NCBI GenBank assembly: GCA_963830365.1
Contig: CAWHMU010000025.1
Span: 1 to 47,131, forward strand
Direction: 5' to 3'
From: an uncultured Chlamydiae bacterium
Lineage (GTDB): Bacteria > Chlamydiota > Chlamydiia > Chlamydiales > Parachlamydiaceae
DNA: 47,131 nucleotides
Below the pieces are notes generated by a model, which had not been told where the DNA came from, ran no database searches, and saw only the letters and a program-made list of their open reading frames with translations. Below, in pieces: positions 9,591-19,025 of this stretch; within the stretch, counting starts at the first letter, position 1, and every line of letters starts with the position of its first letter. A program made the translations under genes and the position numbers.

Positions 9591-10178
9591 TTACCAGCTT
9601 TGGTTCACATAATCAACAATTTTTTTTGCCAATGTGCGTTGCAACGGAATTTCTACGGCGTCATAAGCGGCATCAATATCGCTAAGCTGACCGAGTGAAA
9701 ACACATTCACACTATCCCGGCTGAAGTAATAGTCATGATCGAAATCTACGCCGGCAGCCAATCTAACAGGGCCAAGCATAGTCGCACATGAGGCAGCATC
9801 AACCACAGAAACTTCGACAAAGACTGTCATCCGCGTTTCTGTGGGAATGATCTCTTTCGTGAGTTGCCCTCTCTTTTTGCGATCATAGCGAAAGCCGATA
9901 TTTTCCTCACGTAAATCAACTTTCTTTATGTAAAGAATTAATCGGCCGCCTGTATGGCGGTATTCAAAAGTCCCTGATTGTACGATTTCCTTGATGACAG
10001 CGGCCGTCAAGGAACCGTCCGTATCTCCTTCAACGTAAGGCACACTGATGCTATTAAAGCGCGCCGCCAGGCCTTCATTTTGCATGTGATAGCCGCAACT
10101 TGAAAGCACGGCGCCAAGACTGCAAATAGCCATGCCGATCAGGAATAAACGCCTCGATAAAGAAATCACATCACGCAT
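9591..10178 (-). CDS. lptE: LptE-like LPS-assembly lipoprotein
   Basis: Lipobox LSSC followed by GY; size and position downstream of bamD. Confidence 0.65.
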   Translation of the reverse strand: MRDVISLSRRLFLIGMAICSLGAVLSSCGYHMQNEGLAARFNSISVPYVEGDTDGSLTAAVIKEIVQSGTFEYRHTGGRLILYIKKVDLREENIGFRYDRKKRGQLTKEIIPTETRMTVFVEVSVVDAASCATMLGPVRLAAGVDFDHDYYFSRDSVNVFSLGQLSDIDAAYDAVEIPLQRTLAKKIVDYVNQSW

Positions 10179-10190
10179 AAAGTTTCATGT

Positions 10191-11255
10191 TTAGCTGCCG
10201 GACAACTGCTCTCTATGTTCTATCGTCCCTAGGGAGCGGGGTTCCTCTTCCTCAAGTTCTTCCTCCCAGGTATCGGCGGAGTCCTCGTAAGGAGCGCTGT
10301 AGGTACTATCCAGGCAAAGCAATCTCTCGCGACAAAGCTCGGCTACACTGGTATCTGGAAATTGATGGATGGCATTGTGATAATAGATGATGGCTGCGCG
10401 GGGATGGCGTGTGCGCTCATAAAAACGTCCCGTGCCATAAAGCCCCTGGGCGTAGATTTCCTTGATTTCCCTGACCACTTGCTGGACTTCACACACGCGA
10501 TCTTCGCGTGGAAAATCCCTTTCAAACCTATTTAAATTGATTTCGGCAAAGGCGATGAGATCGGGATTTTGAAATTCATACCAGCACTGTTCCAGATATA
10601 CCTTGCCAATAAGCACGTAGCACTCAGGCGAAAGTTCATGTTTGGGAAAACGACGGATGACGAGTTGGAAAGATTCAATGGCACCTTGATAGTCTCGCAT
10701 GCTCCACAATAGGCAGCCCTTGGAAATAAGCGACTGGGCAGCAATATCATGGCAGGGCACGGCAGCCACCACTTCATCATAAATCTCCACCGCCATATCC
10801 TTGCCGCAAGCCCATTTTGGTAGTTGTTTAGTGCCAAAAAAGCGTCGCTTGGCACCGCCGGCAAATTTCTCGGCGATGGCAAATTTGTACTCCATGACCT
10901 CTTGGAAAAATCGCGGATTGCTCTGGCATTTCAGATAATCTGTCAGAGATTCATTGGCAAAATCATATTCGGTGAGATTGAAATAGCAAACTCCCAGGTA
11001 GAAATAGGCTTCTTGCCCATAGGCGGTGGCAGGAAAGCTTGCCGCGATGATGCGGAACTGGCAGGCGGCATCGGCCCATCTATCATTTTCAAAGGCTTTG
11101 GCGCCCAATTTAAAATGCTCCTCCACTGGCATGGTGGCCACTTCATTGGCATCCATGATCTGGCCATTGTTGATTGTATATGCCGCCTGTAAAGGGATGT
11201 CAGCTTCAAAGAGTGCAAGTGCGGAAGCCAGCAGCAAAAAGACTCGTGATTTCAT
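10191..11255 (-). CDS. bamD: Outer-membrane assembly factor BamD-like TPR protein
   Basis: Signal peptide, TPR repeats, C-terminal YGTGRFYER...AAIIYY...FPDT pattern. Start at MKSRVF chosen. Confidence 0.75.
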   Translation of the reverse strand: MKSRVFLLLASALALFEADIPLQAAYTINNGQIMDANEVATMPVEEHFKLGAKAFENDRWADAACQFRIIAASFPATAYGQEAYFYLGVCYFNLTEYDFANESLTDYLKCQSNPRFFQEVMEYKFAIAEKFAGGAKRRFFGTKQLPKWACGKDMAVEIYDEVVAAVPCHDIAAQSLISKGCLLWSMRDYQGAIESFQLVIRRFPKHELSPECYVLIGKVYLEQCWYEFQNPDLIAFAEINLNRFERDFPREDRVCEVQQVVREIKEIYAQGLYGTGRFYERTRHPRAAIIYYHNAIHQFPDTSVAELCRERLLCLDSTYSAPYEDSADTWEEELEEEEPRSLGTIEHREQLSGS

Positions 11256-11347
11256 GGTTGCCTCAGGATAATAAAAAGACAGGTTCAAAAGGCAAAAGTT
11301 TAGGCCAGCACAACGCTTCCTGTCAACAGCTAAACATAAGGTTATCG

Positions 11348-11845
11348 CTATCGATCATGCTTTTTTATTAGCAGCCATTGCTTGCCTTTCGGATCATTGG
11401 CCATCTTGACAAGCACAAACTCTCCCTGTAGCTTTTTGCCATAAAGAGTAAATTCCAGCTCGCCTTCTGCCAGTTGTTGGCGGATAGACTGTTCTTGCTC
11501 TTTTTTGCTTTTGCCCGCTACACCATATGTCCCATGATCCCAGATGGCAACTTCACCTGCGCCATAATGCCCGGCGGGAATGGTGCCCTCAAATGAAGCA
11601 TAGGCCAGAGGATGGTCTTCCACCTGGATAGCCAAACGTTTTACGGACGGATCAATGGAGGGGCCTTTTGGAATCGCCCAGCTCACCAACACACCGCCAA
11701 GTTCAAGCCGGAAATCGTAATGCAAATGCCGCGCAGCATGTTTTTGGACAACAAAGCGCAATTTCCCTGAAGTGATTTTCTCTGTCCCCGCAGGCTTGCC
11801 GATTGCATCCAATTGGCGTTTAGCATGATAAGATTTCAGGTTCAT
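11348..11845 (-). CDS. Stand-alone LigD 3'-phosphoesterase (PE) domain protein
   Basis: FVVQKHAARHLHYDFRLE, SWAIPKGPS, RLAIQVEDHP, YGAG.V.IWD.G. Start taken at MNLKSY because the upstream extension runs into a repeat. Confidence 0.9.
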   Translation of the reverse strand: MNLKSYHAKRQLDAIGKPAGTEKITSGKLRFVVQKHAARHLHYDFRLELGGVLVSWAIPKGPSIDPSVKRLAIQVEDHPLAYASFEGTIPAGHYGAGEVAIWDHGTYGVAGKSKKEQEQSIRQQLAEGELEFTLYGKKLQGEFVLVKMANDPKGKQWLLIKKHDR

Positions 11846-11950
11846 GACGACAGCTCCATTTAGCTGCGAAATTACGCCAGGTATATTTTTTGTGGAACAT
11901 CTATTCTTTAAGATGAGGGTGCTAATTATAAATATCTTTAGCCAATTACC

Positions 11951-12746
11951 CTTGTCGTTACCCACAACTATCAATCGAATATTTTAAGTATCTTTTTGGC
12001 CATTCTCATCTTCGTAGGGAAAATATTCGGTCACCAAAGCAAAAAGAGAGGAACTCCTACGGAGTTAAACAAGAATATGCGTTTTCCCGTAGCTGCGGGT
12101 GTCTTCGCTTGCGCTCGCACGCCTTAGCCATGGGCTACAAAGAGATAAGCTCCGCCAACAAAAAAACTTTGAAATATATTCACAATGAGGTTTATCAATC
12201 TACCTTCTTTGCCGCTACATAGGCCATGAGTTCTATTGAGGTCTTGCAGATCGATCTCTTTGTAGCCCGTAGTTAAGGCTCGCGAGCGCAAGCGAAGACA
12301 GCCGCAACTTCGGGGAAACGAATAATTGCATTTAACTCCGTAGGAGTTCCTCTCTTTTTGCTTTCTTGACCGAATAAGCGAGGTTCATCACGCAAATGAG
12401 TACCTAATTAACAAAACCCTAAGAGCAATCTCCATTTTTCTTCTCTGTGCCTCTGTGTCTCGGTGGTGAAGCTTTCCGTAACACTCCGATTGATAATACT
12501 ATACATCCAGCAAGCAGATTTCACCACAGAGGCACAGAGTCACAGAGAAGGTCGGGAAAACCTCATGGGTACTCATTTGCGTGATGAGCCTTAATAAATT
12601 GTCTGCTTCTCTTTTTCAACTAGTCTAAACTAGGTCCATTTCTCCTTTCTCCTCGGTCAGGTACTCATTTGCGCTATGAGCCATAAGCGATCATGGCAAA
12701 AAAAATGACTTAAAATATTCGCTTGATAGTTGTGGGTAACGACAAG
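11951..12746. mobile_element. Non-autonomous long-palindromic element with 9-bp target duplication
   Basis: Terminal IRs cttgtcgttacccacaactatcaa.cgaatattttaagt at both ends. Flanks are ccaattacc (11942-11950) and ctaattacc (12747-12755). Inner arms 12022-12148 and 12255-12378 are also complementary. Confidence 0.8.
12382..12682. mobile_element. 301-bp MITE-A, copy 1
   Basis: TIR ggttcatcacgcaaatgagtacc; perfect 8-bp TSD ATAAGCGA (12374-12381 / 12683-12690); near-identical inverted copy at 43780-44080. Confidence 0.92.
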
Positions 12747-12952
12747 CTAATTACCCTTTCTTTTGCTAGATAAAGAGATAGTTAAAACCCCGGTGCTTTT
12801 AAAAATATCATTTACATATATCCGCCAATTTATATACAGTCAGCTTTAAGGGAATAAGGTGTTTATTTGATAGCGCTCACGATGATTTGCAGAACAGTTT
12901 AGCGCCAGTAACCCGCCTTATTTTTGCTTTATGTCAACCAATGGGATTTATT

Positions 12953-13387
12953 ATGATTATTGAAATTAGCCTTGTCATCATTGCGGTTTGTTTGGTGTTG
13001 CTCATCGTTGTGGCTTTGATCGTTGGCATCAGCCTGCAAAAAAGCCTTAAAAATATCGACCAAGCCATCACATCCGTAGAATTCAAACTCGATAATGCGC
13101 TGGATGAAGTCAGCACCACTCTCTGCCAAGCTACCGCCACCTTAGACTCCCTGAACGAACTCACGATCTCCATTAAAAATAAAATCGATTCAACGGACCC
13201 TCTATTTGATTCGATTGCTAAAGTCGGCCACGTCGTGCAAGGTTTTTTAAGCTCTATGCCCAAGGAAAATAAATTCCAGAACATCATCAACTTTACGAGC
13301 TCCAAAGAAAAATTCAATATCGCCGATCTTGCCGAATGGGTAGGGCTTGGAGTCATTTTATGGCAGAAACTAAAAAAAAGGATTTAA
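12953..13387 (+). CDS. DUF948 (YoxC-like) general stress membrane protein
   Basis: N-terminal TM, coiled coil, C-terminal WVGLGVILWQK; precedes YtxH genes. Confidence 0.7.
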   Translation: MIIEISLVIIAVCLVLLIVVALIVGISLQKSLKNIDQAITSVEFKLDNALDEVSTTLCQATATLDSLNELTISIKNKIDSTDPLFDSIAKVGHVVQGFLSSMPKENKFQNIINFTSSKEKFNIADLAEWVGLGVILWQKLKKRI

Positions 13388-13389
13388 TT

Positions 13390-14016
13390 ATGAGAAAGCA
13401 AGAATCTTTTCACGTTTCTAATCAAACGATCGTCGGTGGGGTACTCATCGGTACTGCACTGGGAGCGCTGACAGCCTTCCTAATGTCAAATTCAGGCAGG
13501 CATGTCAGGCAGAACCTTTCAAAAATGTGCTGCGATATTAGCGAACAGGCCCAAGATATCGCCCACCACATTGCTAAAAAATCAGAAGAAGTCTCTGAGC
13601 AAGTCTCTGAGCGCCTCTTCAACAACGGCAATAGCCGCCATACCCCGCAACATCTGAATTTGATCATCGGCAGCATCGCCGGCGGCATCTTGGGCATCTC
13701 GGCCATTGCCTTCTTGACACACGATTCCACTAAAGACGTGCGCAAAAACCTCCTGAAAAATTTTCAATCATTCACTAACAAAACCTATAAGATGGCCGAC
13801 AATCTTGAAGAAACTGCTCACGACGTGGCCGAAAACTTTGAAGAGCATGTGACATCATGGGTCAAGACGGCCCAGAAATTTATCGACACCTTAAACGGCT
13901 GCGCCAAGACGGCCTGCGAAAAATCGCATCTAAGCGAAGTGACAGATTCAACAGTCGACAAAGTTGTCGATTGGGCCTCCTTTGGAATTCGGCTATATCA
14001 AAGTCTAAAAAAATAG
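13390..14016 (+). CDS. YtxH-domain protein (two TM + helical repeats)
   Basis: GVLIGTALGALTAFLMSNSGRHVRQNL and a second similar unit. Confidence 0.65.
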   Translation: MRKQESFHVSNQTIVGGVLIGTALGALTAFLMSNSGRHVRQNLSKMCCDISEQAQDIAHHIAKKSEEVSEQVSERLFNNGNSRHTPQHLNLIIGSIAGGILGISAIAFLTHDSTKDVRKNLLKNFQSFTNKTYKMADNLEETAHDVAENFEEHVTSWVKTAQKFIDTLNGCAKTACEKSHLSEVTDSTVDKVVDWASFGIRLYQSLKK

Positions 14017-14025
14017 GAGTTCACC

Positions 14026-14472
14026 ATGACAAAACTTAAAATTCTAACAGGTGCAGCTATTGGGACTCTGCTAGGTTCTTTGGCCATCGCCTTATATCCC
14101 AGACGGCAAGAAATTATGGATGCCATCGCAGACCAAAGCGAAGGGCTATCTGACAAGGCCAGAGACTATATCGATGCGCTCATCAGCAAAGGCGCCGTAC
14201 TGACACACCTGAGAGAAGAGGAAGAAGATCGCAGCGTCTACTGGAAAAGCGGACTGGCCGGGGTGTTATTCGGCGCAGGCGCGGCCCTATTTTTGGCACC
14301 CAAATCCGGCAAGCAGCTGCGCTCTCAAGTCCTTCGCGTATACAATGACCTCTCAGGCAGAACGCAGGAAGTCATCCGCGATTTTAAAAACAACGGACAT
14401 CCTTTCCACCACGTAGAGACGATTCGCCCGGTCAAAAGGGCCGTTAAACGCGCTGTAAAACCGAAAAGCTAA
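14026..14472 (+). CDS. YtxH-domain protein
   Basis: GAGAALFLAPKSGKQLRSQV signature; RBS aggag. Confidence 0.8.
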   Translation: MTKLKILTGAAIGTLLGSLAIALYPRRQEIMDAIADQSEGLSDKARDYIDALISKGAVLTHLREEEEDRSVYWKSGLAGVLFGAGAALFLAPKSGKQLRSQVLRVYNDLSGRTQEVIRDFKNNGHPFHHVETIRPVKRAVKRAVKPKS

Positions 14473-14477
14473 AAAAT

Positions 14478-14510
14478 CCGCAACTCCGGGCAAACGCCAG
14501 GAGTTGCGGG
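14478..14510 (+). terminator. Hairpin after the ytxH operon
   Basis: ccgcaactcc...ggagttgcgg stem right after the stop. Confidence 0.6.
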
Positions 14511-14857
14511 TGTCTATTGGATTGAGAATTCACTAAATTTATCAGCACCTTGCGTTGCCATGGATTTACACCCACAATGAGGCATAAGTCAACTCTGGTC
14601 ATAAGTTTCAAAAAAAGGGTAGAGGGGAATTTTCCGAACGGATTTTTCCACTGCGGATGGCAAGGAATGTGAATTTTTCACTTGAGATGTTAAATATATT
14701 TCTATACACATTAAGATATAACTACCCCACTTCGAAAATGGCTCGAAGGGCTTAAAACACTTTTATAAAACATCCAAAAGTCACTTTATCTAGTTTTTTT
14801 TCGCTTCACACTCGCTACAACCGTAACTAAAAGATCGTCTTAAACCAAGGAGATCTC

Positions 14858-16123
14858 ATGTATAGATTGCTGATGGCCCTGTGCTTGTTAGCTTCAAGCA
14901 ACCTCTTAACAACCGCTGCTTTAGAAGCAGCTCCCGCCTACTATTCAAATCAAAACCAATATTATAGCAATCAAAACTTCGATTGCAACCCAGACCAGGC
15001 GCCATGCGTGCCGGAAGTCATCTGTGGACCGCAAGGACCTCCCGGCCCTCAAGGGCCATGCGGACCCCAAGGTGAATGCGGTCCTCAAGGCCCATGCGGC
15101 CCATGCGGACCTTGCGGGAATGACGGCGCTTGCGGCCGCGATGGAGCTTGCGGCCGCGATGGAGCTTGTGGTCCTTGCGGCCGTGATGGTGCCTGCGGAC
15201 CTTGCGGACCTGAAGGGGCTTGCGGCCCTGAAGGGGCTTGCGGAACTTGTGGTCCTATCGGTCCTATGGGGCCTCCAGGACCAATCGGAGCCACCGGGCC
15301 TCAAGGGCCTGCCGGCATGATTGGTCCGGCCGGAGCTGCCGGATCTCAGGGCCTACAAGGACCAGTTGGAGCGCCTGGACCTGTTGGCTCTCAGGGTCCT
15401 ATGGGACCTGGCGGCCCACAAGGCTTGCAAGGACCGACCGGTCCACAAGGTGAAACCGGCCATCAAGGGCCTAAAGGCGATACAGGCGCCCAAGGCCCTA
15501 GAGGCGAAGCCGGCCCAAGAGGCTTGGACGGAGCACAAGGTCCTGCCGGCATCCAAGGATGCTGTGGTGAGCATGGCTGTCAAGGGCCTTGTGGTGAATG
15601 TGGTGCATGTGGTCCTTGCGGCCCTTGTGGTCCTTGTGGCCCTATTGGCCCTTGCGGTATCGGAATCAGCGCGGCCTTTGGCGCGACGACGGATGTAAGG
15701 CAGCAAATATGTGCCAACGGCATTATAAGCGGCTTTTATATGCGTTCGAATGTGTCATTTGGAGGAATTGGATATGACATCAATGGGATATTATTGCCAT
15801 CCAAAGGTTTGTATCAGGTGACCTACGGTGTATCCGTAGAGGGGTCAGCTGATGGGCAAGGCTGTGTGGTGCCGGCAAAGTTCCAATTGACGTTAGCCTC
15901 GCAAAACACCCCGACGGCTCCAGGAGATGTGGTGCCAGGGAGTGCAATATCTGCAAGTAGTCCAAAGCAACTGGTCACTACTACAATATTGATCGAGCTG
16001 TGTGATGCTTCATTTCTGCGCATCCAAAACGTCAGTACAAATCCGGCAGGAGCCTTCCAGCCGGTAGTATTGAATGGCAACGGAGCTACCGCGGCCTTCA
16101 TCACCATCGTCAAACTGCAATAG
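14858..16123 (+). CDS. Secreted cysteine-rich collagen-like protein with BclA-like C-terminal domain
   Basis: RBS aaggag, signal peptide, ~71 uninterrupted Gly-X-Y triplets (15026-15664), beta-rich C-domain ([22 protein letters not shown]). Confidence 0.88.
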   Translation: MYRLLMALCLLASSNLLTTAALEAAPAYYSNQNQYYSNQNFDCNPDQAPCVPEVICGPQGPPGPQGPCGPQGECGPQGPCGPCGPCGNDGACGRDGACGRDGACGPCGRDGACGPCGPEGACGPEGACGTCGPIGPMGPPGPIGATGPQGPAGMIGPAGAAGSQGLQGPVGAPGPVGSQGPMGPGGPQGLQGPTGPQGETGHQGPKGDTGAQGPRGEAGPRGLDGAQGPAGIQGCCGEHGCQGPCGECGACGPCGPCGPCGPIGPCGIGISAAFGATTDVRQQICANGIISGFYMRSNVSFGGIGYDINGILLPSKGLYQVTYGVSVEGSADGQGCVVPAKFQLTLASQNTPTAPGDVVPGSAISASSPKQLVTTTILIELCDASFLRIQNVSTNPAGAFQPVVLNGNGATAAFITIVKLQ

Positions 16124-16140
16124 CTGCAGTGAAAGCGTGG

Positions 16141-16180
16141 AAAAACACCTCCTAAAAATTTTAGGAGGTGTTTTTTTTTA
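16141..16180. terminator. Rho-independent terminator (bidirectional form)
   Basis: aaaaacacctcctaaa-aa-tttaggaggtgttttttttt. Confidence 0.9.
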
Positions 16181-16357
16181 AATAAAAATAAATAGTCGTT
16201 AGGCTTGAGGCTGACCTTCACCTTTTTTGCCCAGCCTGATCCCATTCTCAGACAGAATATTAAAATTTCGGTGTGCCAAAGCGCACCATCGGCTAGTTTG
16301 CAAAAGTGGCCATTACAAAAGAAATTGGTTATGCCGTGAAAAATTGCTGAGATATTT

Positions 16358-16987
16358 ATGCTAAAGACGACATTTACATTTTTTTTTCTGTCATTCTTTC
16401 TGATGTCAAATATATTTTCCATCAGTCTGACCAATAGAGATGCGTCATGGTTAACGAAAAACAACCCGGTTTATAAAAATTATGATATCGGCGAATGGAC
16501 GTATGGTGCACCTACGATTCTCTTTCCGGAAGCAAAATTAAAAATCGGTCGGTTTTGTTCTATTGCCGGCGATGTCAAAATCATGCTGGGGGGTGAGCAT
16601 CGTTCCAATTATATTACGACATATCCGTTTCATGGGGTTTGGCCTGAAGCTGGCCCCTATTCCTATGTTGATTTATGCCAAGCCAAGGGCGATGTCATCA
16701 TTGGAAACGACGTCTGGATAGCATCCGATGTACTTATTCTTTCGGGAGTTACGATTGGCAATGGGGCAATTATTGGAGCTAGAAGTCTTGTTACCAAAGA
16801 CGTCCCTGCCTATGCCATTGTGGGTGGCTGTCCTGCCAAATTCATCCGCTTCCGTTTTCCCGAGCAGGTGATTGAAAAACTGGAAGCCATCGCCTGGTGG
16901 AATTGGCCCGAGGAAAAAATTGTTTCCGCCATGCCTTTGCTGCTTTCCGGTGATTTGGAAGCTTTTATTACTAAATATGGATCTTGA
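16358..16987 (+). CDS. Vat/CatB-related hexapeptide-repeat O-acetyltransferase
   Basis: KIGRFCSIA, GGEH...ITTYPF, KGDVIIGNDVWI, GVTIGNGAIIGA, VTKDVPAYAIVGG.PAK, WWNWP. Confidence 0.9.
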   Translation: MLKTTFTFFFLSFFLMSNIFSISLTNRDASWLTKNNPVYKNYDIGEWTYGAPTILFPEAKLKIGRFCSIAGDVKIMLGGEHRSNYITTYPFHGVWPEAGPYSYVDLCQAKGDVIIGNDVWIASDVLILSGVTIGNGAIIGARSLVTKDVPAYAIVGGCPAKFIRFRFPEQVIEKLEAIAWWNWPEEKIVSAMPLLLSGDLEAFITKYGS

Positions 16988-17495
16988 TTTCTCATTCGAA
17001 TCGCTTGTCGCCAGCCTAACCCCAAGCCGTCCAGCCGAAAATTCGCCATGCGCTTTTGAACTCAGAGCTAGTCAAAAAAACTAACCGTCGCTATTTGCGG
17101 CTAACAACCATACTTCAAATATCGAATCTATAAACCAAGTCGCATTGACCTGATGAACCAAATCTAATAGAAAGCGCAGTTTGGAGGTTCTTCCGGTTTT
17201 GCAGGCCTTGCATAGAGGAATGAGCAAGCAAAAATAGCAGGATATTACGATCCTGCTATTTTGTTCCGATGTGTTGCCTACATTCCCCCCATTTCTACGC
17301 ACCCTTTTCTAGCCGGCCGCTACAAAACCGGATGAACCATTTTGATGCTTGACATTGAAAAATGTTATACGCATTTTAAAAAACGCAAGGACTCGCTGCA
17401 AAAAAACTCGCATATGCTTGTTTTTAGACCCCTGCAGTGTTGGCATACCATTGCGTTCACGTTCAATGCTCGCAGAAAGTTGTAAAAGGATATTG

Positions 17496-19007
17496 ATGAA
17501 TGTTTTTTCGAACAGTTTATTAACTTCCGTGCGGCATATCCTTACCTTTTGCAGGCAGCGGCTGGGAGAAGGGCTTGCTATCGGCATAGGGCTTGGTTTG
17601 TGCAGCTGCGGGCTTACGCCTTCCCCGCCTATCCTTAAAGAGGCGCCAAGCGCCGTCTTGGAAAATGCCCGGCAAACGGCACTTGACAGTTGCACCTTCA
17701 CTAATGATGACTGGCCGGCAGAAGAGTGGTGGCGCCTTTTCGGTGATCCGCAACTGGATATGCTTATTTTACAAGCCATTGCCGATAATCCTTCCATCGT
17801 GGTTGCTGAAGCGCGCGTGCATGCAGCCTTGGCTGCTAGCGACAAGGCCCATGCCCCCATGTTCCCTACGCTTGATTTTGAAAGCGATGTCTTTCGGATG
17901 CACAATAGCAAAAATGGGATTGTCGGTTTGCTGGCGGTTGCAGACCCACTCTTTCCGCTTACATTTTTGGAAAGGGATATGAATCTGCTTTTTTCCTACC
18001 AGTTTGATTTCTGGAAAAAAAATAGAAATCAAATCATCGCCTCTCTGGATGAAGTGCAGGCGCGCAAAGCCGAGGCTTATGCGGCGCGGCTGACGCTTGC
18101 TCTTTCCGTCGCCGAATCCTACTTCCAATTGCACATTGCCAAGGCCCGCGAAAAGTTGGCGCAGCGTTTTCTGGCCAATCGACAGGCCATTGATTTGCTT
18201 ATGCACAAACGGCAAGGGCAGGGATTGGAAAACATATGGAATGTCAACAAAGCGCAGCAGGCCGCGTTGGCAGCGCAGAAGTTTCTGTATCAAACACAGC
18301 AAGAAGTACTCATCAGCAACCATGAATTGCAGGCGTTGCTGGCAGATGATTTTGCCATCCCGATTGCCGATATTGAATTTTGTCAAACTTTAGACAGATT
18401 CCCCATTCCCTGCTCGCTGCCACTGGATTTGTTAGCCCATCGTCCGGATGTGTGGGCGCAACGCTTTCGCCTGGAAGCCGCCGCCCGCCTCATCTGTGTA
18501 GCTAAAGCGGATTTTTATCCGAACATCGATATTTCGGGATTGGTGGGGTTGCAGGCCATTCAATCCAATCCTTTATTCTCTCCGGCCAGTTATTTCGGAT
18601 TAATCTTCGGCCCGGCCCTGCATCTGCCGATTTTCAAAGGAGGGGCCTTGCAGGCCGAATATGACTTGAGATCCAGAGATTACGATATGGCTGTCGGCCA
18701 ATATGACGCAATCGTCCTTACAGCCGTTAAAGAGGTCTTAAATGCTTTAACGATGTTGCAAAAGACAACTGAATTTTACCAGCTGGCCATAACATCCGAA
18801 GAAATTTCCAGGAGAAATCTTGAAGTGGCACTAGCACGCCTGCGCCTTACGCTCAATTCGCGCATGGATGCATTGTCTTATGAGAATGAATGGCTGCAGG
18901 CTGAAGATGCGCGCCTCCAAGCCTTATTGGCCGGTTTGCAGGCGCGTTTAAATTTGATCCTTGCTCTTGGAGGCGGATTTGATGCGTCATGCGAAAACAT
19001 AGATTGA
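17496..19007 (+). CDS. Efflux outer-membrane factor lipoprotein (NodT/OprM family)
   Basis: Lipobox LCSC, WWRLFGDPQLD, LLAHRPDV, ADFYPNI, ALGGGF. Start chosen after RBS aaagga. Confidence 0.9.
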   Translation: MNVFSNSLLTSVRHILTFCRQRLGEGLAIGIGLGLCSCGLTPSPPILKEAPSAVLENARQTALDSCTFTNDDWPAEEWWRLFGDPQLDMLILQAIADNPSIVVAEARVHAALAASDKAHAPMFPTLDFESDVFRMHNSKNGIVGLLAVADPLFPLTFLERDMNLLFSYQFDFWKKNRNQIIASLDEVQARKAEAYAARLTLALSVAESYFQLHIAKAREKLAQRFLANRQAIDLLMHKRQGQGLENIWNVNKAQQAALAAQKFLYQTQQEVLISNHELQALLADDFAIPIADIEFCQTLDRFPIPCSLPLDLLAHRPDVWAQRFRLEAAARLICVAKADFYPNIDISGLVGLQAIQSNPLFSPASYFGLIFGPALHLPIFKGGALQAEYDLRSRDYDMAVGQYDAIVLTAVKEVLNALTMLQKTTEFYQLAITSEEISRRNLEVALARLRLTLNSRMDALSYENEWLQAEDARLQALLAGLQARLNLILALGGGFDASCENID

Positions 19008-19025
19008 TAAAGACAGGATGAGAAG

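Noticed and set aside
11846..11974. N-terminal extension of the LigD-PE ORF
   Set aside because: Begins inside the TIR of the 11951-12746 element; the family-like sequence starts at MNLKSY.
14510..14857. Riboswitch or ncRNA in the long leader of the collagen gene
   Set aside because: Only weak short stems and no recognisable aptamer consensus; an Infernal scan would be needed.
14945..15706. Overlapping alternative-frame and antisense ORFs in the collagen gene, including a Gly-Pro-rich antisense ORF
   Set aside because: Expected by-products of GGN-CCN repeat codons.
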